From an uncultured bacterium (GTDB lineage Bacteria; Muiribacteriota; Ozemobacteria; Ozemobacterales; Ozemobacteraceae), in the NCBI GenBank assembly GCA_964428355.1, contig CAYRYU010000026.1:11521-75520 (forward strand): a stretch of 64,000 nucleotides of DNA. The letters are read 5' to 3'. Shown here in pieces: positions 36,281 to 45,109 of this stretch. Position 1 is the first letter of the stretch. Each line of letters starts with the position of its first letter. The notes under the pieces are model-generated. The model was given only the letters and a program-made list of their open reading frames with translations. It made no database searches and had not been told where the DNA came from. The position numbers were made by a program, and so were the translations under genes.

Positions 36281-37126
36281 CTACCTTGAAGCCAGCCGGA
36301 CCGCGGCTCCCTGGCACTCGTTGCCTGCCAGGTCTTTCGCCCCGGTGATTGTGATTGCCTTGATCGGTCCGTCGACGAGGTTCCCCTGCCCCTTTGGGAT
36401 GAAGATCTGGACGATGAAATTCCTATCATCAGCCCAGGCCCCGGAGGTGCCATCGAGGGGATACCCGGAGGCTGTTACCAGCGTGACGCTGGGGCGGGAA
36501 GCCCTGTCCATGGCCTCGTTGAAGGAGAACTGCAGATAGAACCCCCCCGCCCCGATGCAGGTTCCGGGGGGAAGGGGAAGCGGGGTGCTGGCAAGCCCGC
36601 CCCGTTCTTGCGGCCCCGCCGCAGCGTCGAAGGTGGAAATGCCCTGGTGGATCGGAAACAGCGGCTGGGGGCCGACTTCCCTGGGAAGGTCGCGGTCGTG
36701 GAGAGCTAGGAAACGGGCTCTTGCCTCCAGCCGGCCCAGGACGGATCGGGCCAGCGAAGCCCGGTTGCCTCCCCGCGCGGCGAACGCGGTCAGAACCTGG
36801 CGGGCCGTCGCGCAATCCTGGAGGGTTTCCAGGTTTCCGATCTCCCGGCTCAGCTTTTGTTCCGCCTGCTCCAGGGCTATTCCCTGGGGGTCGGGATCAG
36901 GATGGAACCGGGATGGGTCTCCCGCGGTGTCGATGATCAGATGGCTCCACTGGCCGGGTCTACCGGGAGTCTTCGGAACCAGCACACATCCTCGGGGCGG
37001 GGCGACTTCCCGGCAGCCCGCTTCCAGCCGGGCCATGAAACCCTGGGAATCATGACTCCCTGCCATTGCTCCCAGGGCCGGGAGCCAAAGCAGGACCACC
37101 AACCACAGGCCGTCGCTTCGCTTCAT
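36281..37126 (-). CDS. secreted hypothetical protein with C-terminal Ig-like segment
   Basis: Signal peptide MKRSDGLWLVVLLWLPALGAMA. The C-terminal part FYLQFSFNEAMDRASRPSVTLVTASGYPLDGTSGAWADDRNFIVQ...ITGAKDLAGNE resembles bacterial Ig-like (SbsA/Big-type) domains. Confidence 0.7.
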   Translation of the reverse strand: MKRSDGLWLVVLLWLPALGAMAGSHDSQGFMARLEAGCREVAPPRGCVLVPKTPGRPGQWSHLIIDTAGDPSRFHPDPDPQGIALEQAEQKLSREIGNLETLQDCATARQVLTAFAARGGNRASLARSVLGRLEARARFLALHDRDLPREVGPQPLFPIHQGISTFDAAAGPQERGGLASTPLPLPPGTCIGAGGFYLQFSFNEAMDRASRPSVTLVTASGYPLDGTSGAWADDRNFIVQIFIPKGQGNLVDGPIKAITITGAKDLAGNECQGAAVRLASR

Positions 37127-37220
37127 GATCCCTCTTCCAAATTGTACCCAAGTGGGAATCTGCCCGCAAGTGAGCAGGTTTCGGTGTCAGGCTTCGAGGA
37201 ATTCCGAGGCGGTTTCGGAG

Positions 37221-37355
37221 AGGTCCCGAAAACTCCGCCATCCGGGCGGAAACGTGACACGTCGCCCTCCGTGGACGACAGGTCCCGAAAAGCTTCCCCA
37301 TCCAGGGGAAAACGGGACACGTCGCCATCCATGGGCGACAGGTCCGGGATGGCCC
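37221..37355. repeat. intergenic tandem repeat, 59-60 nt unit, about 2.2 copies
   Basis: Units start at 37221, 37280 and 37340 (AGGTCCCGAAAA...GACACGTCGCC...GACGAC). Each unit holds short hairpins, for example GTCGCC ATCCATG GGCGAC. Confidence 0.8.
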
Positions 37356-37498
37356 GGAGACGGACCCGGATCTTGCCTTTCCACTCCCGGGGAATGAATC
37401 ATTTGGAGATACAAGAGTCCGAGGACTCCCTCGGTGGATGTGGTCGGAGGGGCGGGGCCGCCCAGGCCGAGCCCAAAGCGGAGGGAACCCCGCTGATA

Positions 37499-38320
37499 TC
37501 ATCCTTCGCTTTTCGGAAGGCGTTCCGCAACGATGGAATAGACCATCGGGATCTTCCGGCCGTGGCGAGTGAAACGGTATCTTCCCTGGTCATCGGCTTC
37601 GAGTCCGGCGAAGCAGGAATACGGGGAGTAGTCGTATTCTTGAAAATCCTTGATCACGAGACCGTTCCCGATCAGGGACATGAAAACCTCGGCAAAGGGG
37701 TGGTTCCATGAAACCGTATCATGGGTGATGGGAGCATCTGGCGCAGCATAGGTTCCCTTCAGGGTTTCCTCGATGGTGTCGTGATTGAAATACGAGTAGT
37801 CGATGCGGGAGAGAGTGGTATCGAACATCCAGATGAAGGGGTGAAACTCGACGAAAACAAAGGTTCCGCCGGGTTTCAGGAAGCGGGAAATGACCCGGCC
37901 CCATCGGCCGAGGTCGGGAAGCCACCCGATGGTTCCATAACTGGAGAAGACGATGTCGAATTCGCCATCGAGCTTCTCGGGAAGGCTGTAAACATCGCAA
38001 CAGATGAATTCGGCCTTTGCCCCTGTCGCCGCGGCAATTTCGCGGGCTTTGGCAATGGCGATGTCGGAAAGGTCAACCCCCGTTGCCCGGGCACCCAGAC
38101 GGTCGAGGGAGATGGTGTCCTGGCCGAAGTGGCATTGGAGGTGGAGAGCGGACTTCCCAGCAATATTCCCAAGCAGGGATTTCTCGATGCCTTGGAGCGA
38201 GCTTTTTCCGGCGAGAAACCCTTCCATGTCGTAGAAGGGGGAACTCATGTGCCAAGCGGTTCGCTGGTTCCAGGAATCGCGGTTCTTCACGAGATAGTCA
38301 GGGGGAATCTGCCTCGTCAC
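37499..38320 (-). CDS. class I SAM-dependent methyltransferase
   Basis: Motif I region ALHLQCHFGQDTISLDRLGARATGVDLS. Post-I and II blocks FICCDVYSL and FDIVFSSYGTIGWLPD. Motif III block LKPGGTFVFVEFHP. Confidence 0.88.
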   Translation of the reverse strand: MTRQIPPDYLVKNRDSWNQRTAWHMSSPFYDMEGFLAGKSSLQGIEKSLLGNIAGKSALHLQCHFGQDTISLDRLGARATGVDLSDIAIAKAREIAAATGAKAEFICCDVYSLPEKLDGEFDIVFSSYGTIGWLPDLGRWGRVISRFLKPGGTFVFVEFHPFIWMFDTTLSRIDYSYFNHDTIEETLKGTYAAPDAPITHDTVSWNHPFAEVFMSLIGNGLVIKDFQEYDYSPYSCFAGLEADDQGRYRFTRHGRKIPMVYSIVAERLPKSEG

Positions 38321-38603
38321 CGGATTTCTCCTCGGGTAAATTCTCGAAAGTATATCCTATCGCTTTGCAGAGCCTGTGCAAATATTAATCCTGGATCCGC
38401 ATTCCTCCCCCCCAAATACTCATGAAGGATTTTCAGCCGTGAGTGTACCAGAAATGGCACCATTTCGGTAAGACACTTCATCGAAAAAAAACTGGACCTT
38501 TCTTTCTGTTGGAATATCCTTCCCGGATTGCCTTTGGGGAGGGGGCTATACGTTCGAAAGAGCTCCATTGGTCCGATTTTTCCATGAAGAGAGAAGAAAT
38601 CAC

Positions 38604-39230
38604 ATGAAAAAGGTCCTCGGAGTTTTCGTTATCTTTGTTTGTCTGGCTTCCGGGTTTGCCGGTTGCCGCATGTTCGGCGGGGATTTTGGCGATTCCGGCC
38701 AGGATACCTACATCCCCCGAAGCACGCCGGGTGGTTCCAATGTATCACCTCTGCTCAAGGCCGGTATCGGCGATTGGATTGACATGAAAACCACCTCCAC
38801 GGTCGATGGGATGAATATCGTCCAGGATGTTCACCAGGAGGTCGTGAAAAAGGATTCGGTGTCTCTGACCCTCAAGACCGTCACCACCCAGGACGGATAC
38901 CAGATTTCCTCGGTCGAGGAGGTTGTCTCCCTATCCGCCCTGGACAGCCTCGATGAACTGCTGAAGCAGGCCGCGTCCAGCGGCATCCGGATCGAAGTAC
39001 TCGCGACCGGGACGGATACCATCGTGGTCGCGGGAAAATCCTTCGATACCTACCGGGAAGCCTATCAGGTCGTAAAGGATACGGGAGAAGACCAGGGAAC
39101 CACGAAGATGACCTTCTGGTCACATCAGGACCTCCCGCTCTTCACCGTTGCCAGGATCGCCCTGGAGATCCAAGGGTCGGTCCAGGCCAGTTGCACCACG
39201 GATGTGGTGAAATACGGTTTTGGCAGTTAG
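38604..39230 (+). CDS. lipoprotein, hypothetical
   Basis: MKKVLGVFVIFVCLASGFAGC lipobox at the ATG at 38604. No recognisable domain. Confidence 0.72.
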   Translation: MKKVLGVFVIFVCLASGFAGCRMFGGDFGDSGQDTYIPRSTPGGSNVSPLLKAGIGDWIDMKTTSTVDGMNIVQDVHQEVVKKDSVSLTLKTVTTQDGYQISSVEEVVSLSALDSLDELLKQAASSGIRIEVLATGTDTIVVAGKSFDTYREAYQVVKDTGEDQGTTKMTFWSHQDLPLFTVARIALEIQGSVQASCTTDVVKYGFGS

Positions 39231-39284
39231 CGGATCCCAGCGATTCCACCGTCCTTGACAACACATGCCCAGGAGGTTTGCGTC

Positions 39285-41092
39285 ATGCTCAGGAAATCCT
39301 CTGTTCTTTGCCTAACCCTCGTTCTCGTTCTTTTGACCACATTCGCCCTGCCGGCCCAGACGGCAGGGATTCGTGCCTCAACCCTCACCGACGGCCGGAA
39401 GATCTTTTTGCGTGCCAATAGCGGGGGGGGTACATGTCCGCTTCCACCAATGGCACGGTCTCGACGTCATCGACCCAGGACGCCAACGAAATCTTTTCCA
39501 TTGTTGCCAAGGGTGGCAACAATGTGGCCCTGCTGGCCAACAACGGCAAGTACGTCCGTTCCGACGCCAACGGCGTCCTGACTGCGGATCTTGCCGCCGC
39601 GTCGGACAACTTCTCGATTTTCCAGGTCACCTACCATCCCAACGACCACGTGAACCTGTTGTGTCTGGGAAACGACCGGTACATTTCCCAGGGATCAAGC
39701 CAGGGGAATCCCATCCGGGCGACGTCGCCCGCTCAGACCTCCGAGGCGACCTTCAAGGTGATCCGGATCCTGGTTGAGGGTCAGGTCATCGGCTTACGGG
39801 GCGACAACAACTACTATGTCAGCGCCCGGCCCAATCAACGTGGGGAAGTGTTGGCCAACAGCGGCGTTTTCGGCACCTGGGAGAAATTCACCGTCTATTC
39901 TCGAGGCGGACGGAAGATCGGTCTCCTGGCCCAAGCCAACAATCAGTATGTCCAGGCGAGCGAAGATTATGAAGGCAGATTCGGTGCCTGGGCAAACGCC
40001 ATCGGCTCCTGGGAAACGTTTGAAGTAACCTATCTCGGGGACGACGTGATTGCCCTGAAAGCCGATCTCAACGGATGTTATGTTACCAACGATCACAACG
40101 AGGATGGTCGCTTGTGGGCGCGGGCATCGACCATCGGCACCTGGGAAAAGTTCACCATCTACAATCCCCCGAGTCCCTCCGCAGTGTATGCTTCCCCCTT
40201 GGCCGCAGCGGTCCAAACCTATGCCCCGGTGGCCTATTTTCAGACCAACGAGTCGTATCTTCCCTGCTCCATCGAGGATTTCCTGGCCAACACCGAGGAA
40301 GCCGCGGACAACGGACTGAAGATCAAGAACGCGAGCATCAAGAGTGGGAACCTGGCCACCGCCAAAGCCTATGTGAACATCGTTGTCGGGTCGACCTATA
40401 CCGACCTCCAGTATTGGTTTCTCTATGGCTACAACGGGGCCGGAACGGCCTACATCAAGTACTGGGTTGCCGCCACTATCCGTTGGCCACCTTGGGAATC
40501 CTCGGGCCCTCATTGGGAACCGGCCGGCGATTTTTCCATGAGTCCCGGCGGGCAGCACGAGGGTGACTGGGAACATATCACGGTGCGCATTCGGAACGAC
40601 AACTATGAGGCTCAGCAGGTGTACTTCGCATATCATTCCGAGGGTGATCTCCGAACCTACCAGTCCTCCCTGAGGAATGGCCGGGTGGCGTTCTATGCCT
40701 CCAGGAACGGCCATGCCGCCTACGCCACGGCCGAGCGGCACTACCCCACCTTCAAGAATCTCGGCGTCGAATTCCGGCTGCTGGATCAGACCTCCTCCCC
40801 CGGGCCGTTTCTCGATACCAAGGGAAAATGCGTGATTATCGGCGCCCATGACACCAACGGGGTGGACGTGCCCAACCTCGTTGATACCGCACTCTTCGAT
40901 CGGATCAAGAAATACACCGGTCGCTGGGGAAGGGTCGTTGTCGGAAAAATGAACATCCCCTCCGGCCCCTTTGGGGTGTACAAGAAAATAATCGAAAGCG
41001 TCGGACTCTCCGGCCCCCTGGCCGAATTCGACGAGGAGAAGGGACCTGAGCCGCCCTGGACCAAGGCGTCCTGGACCCAACCGGAGTTCTGA
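39285..41092 (+). CDS. secreted fascin-like beta-trefoil + Vps62/DUF946-like protein; signal peptide separated from the body by a frameshift at a G8 tract
   Basis: AGGAGG lies 8 nt before the ATG at 39285 and opens MLRKSSVLCLTLVLVLLTTFALPAQTAG...FLRANSGGG. The frame is lost at G8 (39423-39430). The main ORF 39434-41092 continues MSASTNG... with three fascin-like repeats (GKYVRSDANGVLTAD; NNYYVSARPNQRGEVLANSGVFGTWEKFTV; NGCYVTNDHNEDGRLWARASTIGTWEKFTIY). Vps62-like blocks follow (YAPVAYFQTNESYLPCSIEDFL; GDWEHITVRI). Confidence 0.82.
39423..39430 (+). repeat. G8 homopolymer at the frameshift point
   Basis: GCGGGGGGGGTAC. One extra G (G9) would read ...ANSGGGYMSASTNG... and fuse the signal peptide to the main ORF. 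Confidence 0.9.
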
Positions 41093-41208
41093 TTCCCTCC
41101 CGGGAAAGGGTGATTCCCTCGCCAGATATGCGCATGCCCGCTACGAATGGGCATGCTGCATAGTCCGGCGGGGTGTGACCTCGGACCAGCCCTCCCCCAG
41201 AACAAGCC

Positions 41209-41250
41209 AAAGCCTCGCCTGCCCAGAATGGTGCGGGCGAGGCTTTTCCT
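41209..41250 (+). terminator. Rho-independent terminator candidate downstream of the fascin/Vps62-like gene
   Basis: AAAGCCTCGCC (41209-41219), 16-nt loop, GGCGAGGCTTT (41236-41246), followed by TCCT. The GC-rich core stem is 8 bp and runs into a T4 tract. Confidence 0.5.
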
Positions 41251-41489
41251 ATTGAGAGTCTTGGGCTGCCCGAACCGGAGTGCCCGGGGGCAACCATCGG
41301 ATTTCGGTGAACCCGAACTCTTGAATGGTCCCCAGTCCCCCACCAAGGCATGAATGCAAAATCCCCGAACATCCCGTTACTGGCGTTCGAGGATTCGTGC
41401 AATGAAGGATGTCCACATCGGGGGAATTTCTCGAGCGGGAAGCTGATTCCCACCCAAGAAAATGGAAAAGGGCTACGCCTGTCTTGTTT

Positions 41490-41807
41490 TCAGATTGTCT
41501 CCAACCCCAGCCCATTGAGAAACTCATAGGTCGTGTCGTAGGCGTGGTTCCTGGTGGGGTCGCTGTCATCGCCGGCGGGAACCACGATGACCATTCCCTG
41601 TCTTGCGCGGGTGAGCAGGACCCGGTAGGCGTTCTTTTGATAGACCTTTCGGGAAGGGCTATGAATACGCTACCAACGTTTCCCATGGAATGACCATTGA
41701 TCCCAACCCTGCGGGGTGTAGCGGAAATCGCCGTCCCATGTCACGCAAGCCCAGTCGAGTTCGAACCCCTGGACCTGGGACTCCGTTCCGACATCTTCGA
41801 GATAACA
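41490..41807 (-). pseudogene. C-terminal remnant of a DUF2075-family (Schlafen-like) helicase with an in-frame TAG
   Basis: The minus frame reads ...YLEDVGTESQVQGFELDWACVTWDGDFRYTPQGWDQWSFHGKRW-TAG-RIHSPSRKVYQKNAYRVLLTRARQGMVIVVPAGDDSDPTRNHAYDTTYEFLNGLGLETI-stop. The NAYRVLLTRARQGMVI block and the preceding QG-x-E-x-DW block are characteristic of DUF2075 C-termini. No N-terminal ATPase part is present. Confidence 0.6.
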
Positions 41808-42100
41808 GGATGGGAACCCGCCGACGATGCCTGTTTCCCGAAGGGTTTTCGCGTTGGCATTCGAACTGCCCCTCCGCCGGGGGAGGTTTTCGTTGCCGGG
41901 AATTTCCCAAAGGTGGTCTGATCGAAGGTGCCTGAACGGAAGCTCAGGATGGAAGGATTTCCGCGGTCGGCAAAATTGTCGAAGCAGTTCCCGCAGAGGA
42001 TGCTCAATCTCTTCGAAGGTAAGGAGCCGAGGTCTTCCTGCCTTTAGTTGCCCAAGGGCCAGAGGATCAGAAGCGGGTTTGGGGGAACTCTCTGCCCATG
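41808..42100 (-). pseudogene. remnant resembling the N-terminal DNA-recognition region of HNH/ScoMcrA-type restriction endonucleases, fused in frame to the helicase remnant
   Basis: LALGQLKAGRPRLLTFEEIEHPLRELLRQF...SFHPELPFRHLRSDHLWEI...AKTLRETGIVGGFPS matches my recollection of that family's pattern (PF-x-hL-x-x-D-x-x-W-x-I). No nuclease domain follows. Recall-based and unverified. Confidence 0.3.
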
Positions 42101-42240
42101 CTGGGCCCAGACCCGAATGCTGGCAAAACGCCGGCGAAGTTCCTTCGGTTCCATTGGAAGATTCTACCGGATTCGCCAGCTGGGAAGTTTCATGATCCAC
42201 CTCCCGGAAACCCGTACCGGAACCAATATGGATTACTGAC

Positions 42241-42561
42241 GGACTTTCCCATTCCTTGCTGACAAAAATGGGGGAATGTTCTACCATCATCCGGGTGGAA
42301 TATCTGCTGGAGGATTTCTTGAATTGAACGAAACGACGGGCGGCACCCCTGAGGAAGTCGAGGCCTTTTCGGACTCGTTGTTCGGCTACCATCCGCTTCT
42401 TCTGGCTGCCGGCATCTTCTCGGCCATTCTCGGTCTCCAGCTGGTCGTAGGTCTTTCCCACCTGGTGAAGCTTCCGTCGTCAGGGGTGTCGATCCTGGTG
42501 CTTGGCCTGCTCTTCCTCGGAATCACGCTCGCTTCGCGAAGATTCACAGGAATCTGGCTCA
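42241..42561 (+). repeat. right copy of the 321-bp direct repeat (promoter region and first 95 codons of gene 42276-43610)
   Basis: See 29407-29727. Confidence 0.9.
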
Positions 42562-43610
42562 GACGGCGGGGGCTCAACTTTCCCACGGTCGTGATCTGGT
42601 CGTTCCCCCTTCTCACCTTCCTTTTCACCTACATTTTTTCGTTCCTCCTGCTCGTTGCGTGGCCGGGACACGCAGGCCGGGGGTTCTGGCCCGAGTTCCT
42701 CCGTCTCAACCCCAAGACCACGACCGTCATGTTCACCTCCAGCTTCTCGGGTTTCTTTTTGTGCATGTTGATCCTGGTCATCATCGAAACCATAAGATAC
42801 GTCCAGTGGTCGGTTGGTCTGGCGGTCAGGTTTTCCTGGGGGGAAGACCCTGCCGGGGCGGTTTCCGGAAAGAATCCCCCGCCCCCGGGCTCCGAAGCCA
42901 CCCCTCCGGAAACGGAAAAGGCAAGGTCCGGGGCGGAGGACCAGTTCCAGAAGGTCAGGGCGAAGCTCGACGCATTCCACGCACTCAGGGCCCAATCATC
43001 ACGATTCACCCGACGGGCGCTCGGAGCGGTTTTCCTTCTCCTGGTAGGCGTGAGCTCGTGGATAATCTTTCTCAAGCCCGAAACGATCCTCTTCTATCGT
43101 TCAGAGGTCCAGCTCCAGACACGCCAGCATCCCGAAATCGCTTTCGAGACCCTCAACCACCTTGCCCAGAAGTATCCGGATTACAAGTACCTCGATACCG
43201 TCAAATTCCGCGCAGCCTGGACCCTGGACCGGCGGATGGGCGATTATCCGGGAGCGGTCAAACGCTTCGAGGGGTTCCTTGGGGAGTTCGGCTACGAAAA
43301 CGTGTGGACCGACGACGTCCTGACGAACCTGGTCCGCCTCCAGCTCGATAAGTGCCACAATGCGACAGAATCCCTGAAATGGGCGGAAATCTATGGGGAG
43401 AAGTTTCCGAACGGTTTGATGGCCCCCCAGATCGCCCTCTACCGGATCCGCGCGCTTTCCGAAACGGGCCGGACGGATGCCGCAAAGGACGCGCTGGCCA
43501 AAGCCAGGGAACAGTTCGGTGGAGCGGTTATGAACATCTATGACAACGAGGACGATTTCGTCTCCACTCTGACCTTCGCCGACGCGCTCAGGAGCCTCAA
43601 CCTGGACTGA
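42276..43610 (+). CDS. polytopic membrane protein with C-terminal TPR-like (BamD/YbgF-like) domain
   Basis: 444 aa. About 6 TM helices, a P-rich linker, one further TM helix, then helical repeats (LAQKYPDYKYLDTVKFRAAWTLDRRMGDYPGAVKRFEGFLGEF...). Confidence 0.8.
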   Translation: MFYHHPGGISAGGFLELNETTGGTPEEVEAFSDSLFGYHPLLLAAGIFSAILGLQLVVGLSHLVKLPSSGVSILVLGLLFLGITLASRRFTGIWLRRRGLNFPTVVIWSFPLLTFLFTYIFSFLLLVAWPGHAGRGFWPEFLRLNPKTTTVMFTSSFSGFFLCMLILVIIETIRYVQWSVGLAVRFSWGEDPAGAVSGKNPPPPGSEATPPETEKARSGAEDQFQKVRAKLDAFHALRAQSSRFTRRALGAVFLLLVGVSSWIIFLKPETILFYRSEVQLQTRQHPEIAFETLNHLAQKYPDYKYLDTVKFRAAWTLDRRMGDYPGAVKRFEGFLGEFGYENVWTDDVLTNLVRLQLDKCHNATESLKWAEIYGEKFPNGLMAPQIALYRIRALSETGRTDAAKDALAKAREQFGGAVMNIYDNEDDFVSTLTFADALRSLNLD

Positions 43611-43628
43611 AACTGCCGGCGGCCCTTT

Positions 43629-45038
43629 TCAGCTTCCGGCTTCGGGGCATGGTTTCCCTTCTTGTCCGACGGGCTTCCCAATCCGGGGGGTCTTCCTGAA
43701 TCCGAGAACCCATGCGTCCGGGAACGGGCTGCCCGCAGTTCCCCGGGCCCAGGCGATTCCCGGGATCCAGACGATCTGGTCATCCCACGCCACCACGGTC
43801 AGGCTCTCCCGAACGTGGACCGGGATCTTCCTGTCGATCAGCCAACGGCACAGCTTCTTCCCTCCCCGTCCTTTTGCCGGGTGGAAGCGGTCTCCCGGTT
43901 TCCGCCCCCGGATCAGGAGGAGTTTTCCGAGAAGGAAGGGATCGACCCAGATCCGGTTCGGGAAATCGGGGTGGGGGTCCCTGGAGAGAAGGAATTCGCG
44001 GTCGGCAAACGCCGCAGGAACATCAGGTATCAGCTTGGCCGGTTTTCCTTTGAGAACGGAGGAAGGGAGGACCCGTTCCAGCCCTGATGCCGTCCTCACC
44101 ACGAATCCCCCATCGATCTGGACGCGCCTTCCGCAGCGCCCCTCCCGGACCAACTCTTCGAGACGTTGAAGGCGGGGGCGGGTCAGGCTTCCTTCGGAAA
44201 CCCCCGGGAGCAGCCAGTGTTTGATCATCTCCCTCAGCATGAGCGCATTCTTGACAGACCCGGTTTCCAGTATCGGAGACTCGGCCAGTGTTGGAACCCT
44301 CCTGACCCTCCGTTGGAGAAGAAGGAACGCATCCCGGAGATCACCCGCAAGGTTACTGATCCGCCGGGCGATTCCGGGCCTCATGCTCTCGAGAAAAGGA
44401 ATCAGTTCGCTTCGGATCCGGTTTCGGAGGAACCGGGGATCGGCATTGGTCTCGTCGGTCAGCCACGGTTGCCCCAGTTCGTCCAGGACCGCCAGGATTT
44501 CGCTCCTCGAAAGACCAAGTAGAGGCCGCCAGAGGCGGAGCGCGCCACCACCCACGGGAAGAACCGAGACGCGGCGCATGCCCCCGATTCCCTGCAGTGA
44601 GGCTCCCCTGATGAGCCTCATGAGAACGGTCTCGGCCTGATCGTCACCGTGGTGGCCGAGGGCTATGGTCTCGGCTCCGGTGAGCCGCGCCATTTCGGAG
44701 AAAGCCGCGAAACGTTCCCGTCTGGCCCATGCCTCCGTCCCTCCCATCGCCGAAATCTCCCCGGGCAGCGGAGGTTGAAGAAGGGTCGAAAAGAAAGGCA
44801 GGGAAAGCCTCTCCGCAAGTTGCCGGACCCATTCCGCGTCCGAACCGCTGCCGGCCCTCAGCCCGTGGTCGACATGAAAAACGTGCAGCTGGAGCCCGCT
44901 TTCAACGCCGATACCGTGCAGAAGGCGCAAAAGAGCGACCGAGTCGGCCCCCCCGGACACTCCGATGCCGATCCGGGTGGCGGGAATCCTTCCCAGGAGC
45001 CGGCGCGCCTTTCTCGCGAAGATCGGATCCTTTTCCAT
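43629..45038 (-). CDS. tilS: tRNA(Ile)-lysidine synthetase
   Basis: PP-loop IGIGVSGGADSVALLRLL, ALGHHGDDQAETVLMRLIRG, and the C-terminal TilS domain GRKPGDRFHPAKGRGGKKLCRWLIDRKIPVHVRESLTVVAWDDQIVWIPG. Confidence 0.9.
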   Translation of the reverse strand: MEKDPIFARKARRLLGRIPATRIGIGVSGGADSVALLRLLHGIGVESGLQLHVFHVDHGLRAGSGSDAEWVRQLAERLSLPFFSTLLQPPLPGEISAMGGTEAWARRERFAAFSEMARLTGAETIALGHHGDDQAETVLMRLIRGASLQGIGGMRRVSVLPVGGGALRLWRPLLGLSRSEILAVLDELGQPWLTDETNADPRFLRNRIRSELIPFLESMRPGIARRISNLAGDLRDAFLLLQRRVRRVPTLAESPILETGSVKNALMLREMIKHWLLPGVSEGSLTRPRLQRLEELVREGRCGRRVQIDGGFVVRTASGLERVLPSSVLKGKPAKLIPDVPAAFADREFLLSRDPHPDFPNRIWVDPFLLGKLLLIRGRKPGDRFHPAKGRGGKKLCRWLIDRKIPVHVRESLTVVAWDDQIVWIPGIAWARGTAGSPFPDAWVLGFRKTPRIGKPVGQEGKPCPEAGS

Positions 45039-45109
45039 GGCTTCTCTCCGATTTTACCACCGCGGCAACCCCAAAAACAGTGATACCACCGATCAGCACC
45101 AAGACATGT

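Noticed and set aside
39794-41080. 428-aa minus-strand ORF
   Set aside because: It is antisense to the fascin/Vps62-like gene and is G/P/V/R-rich with no motifs.
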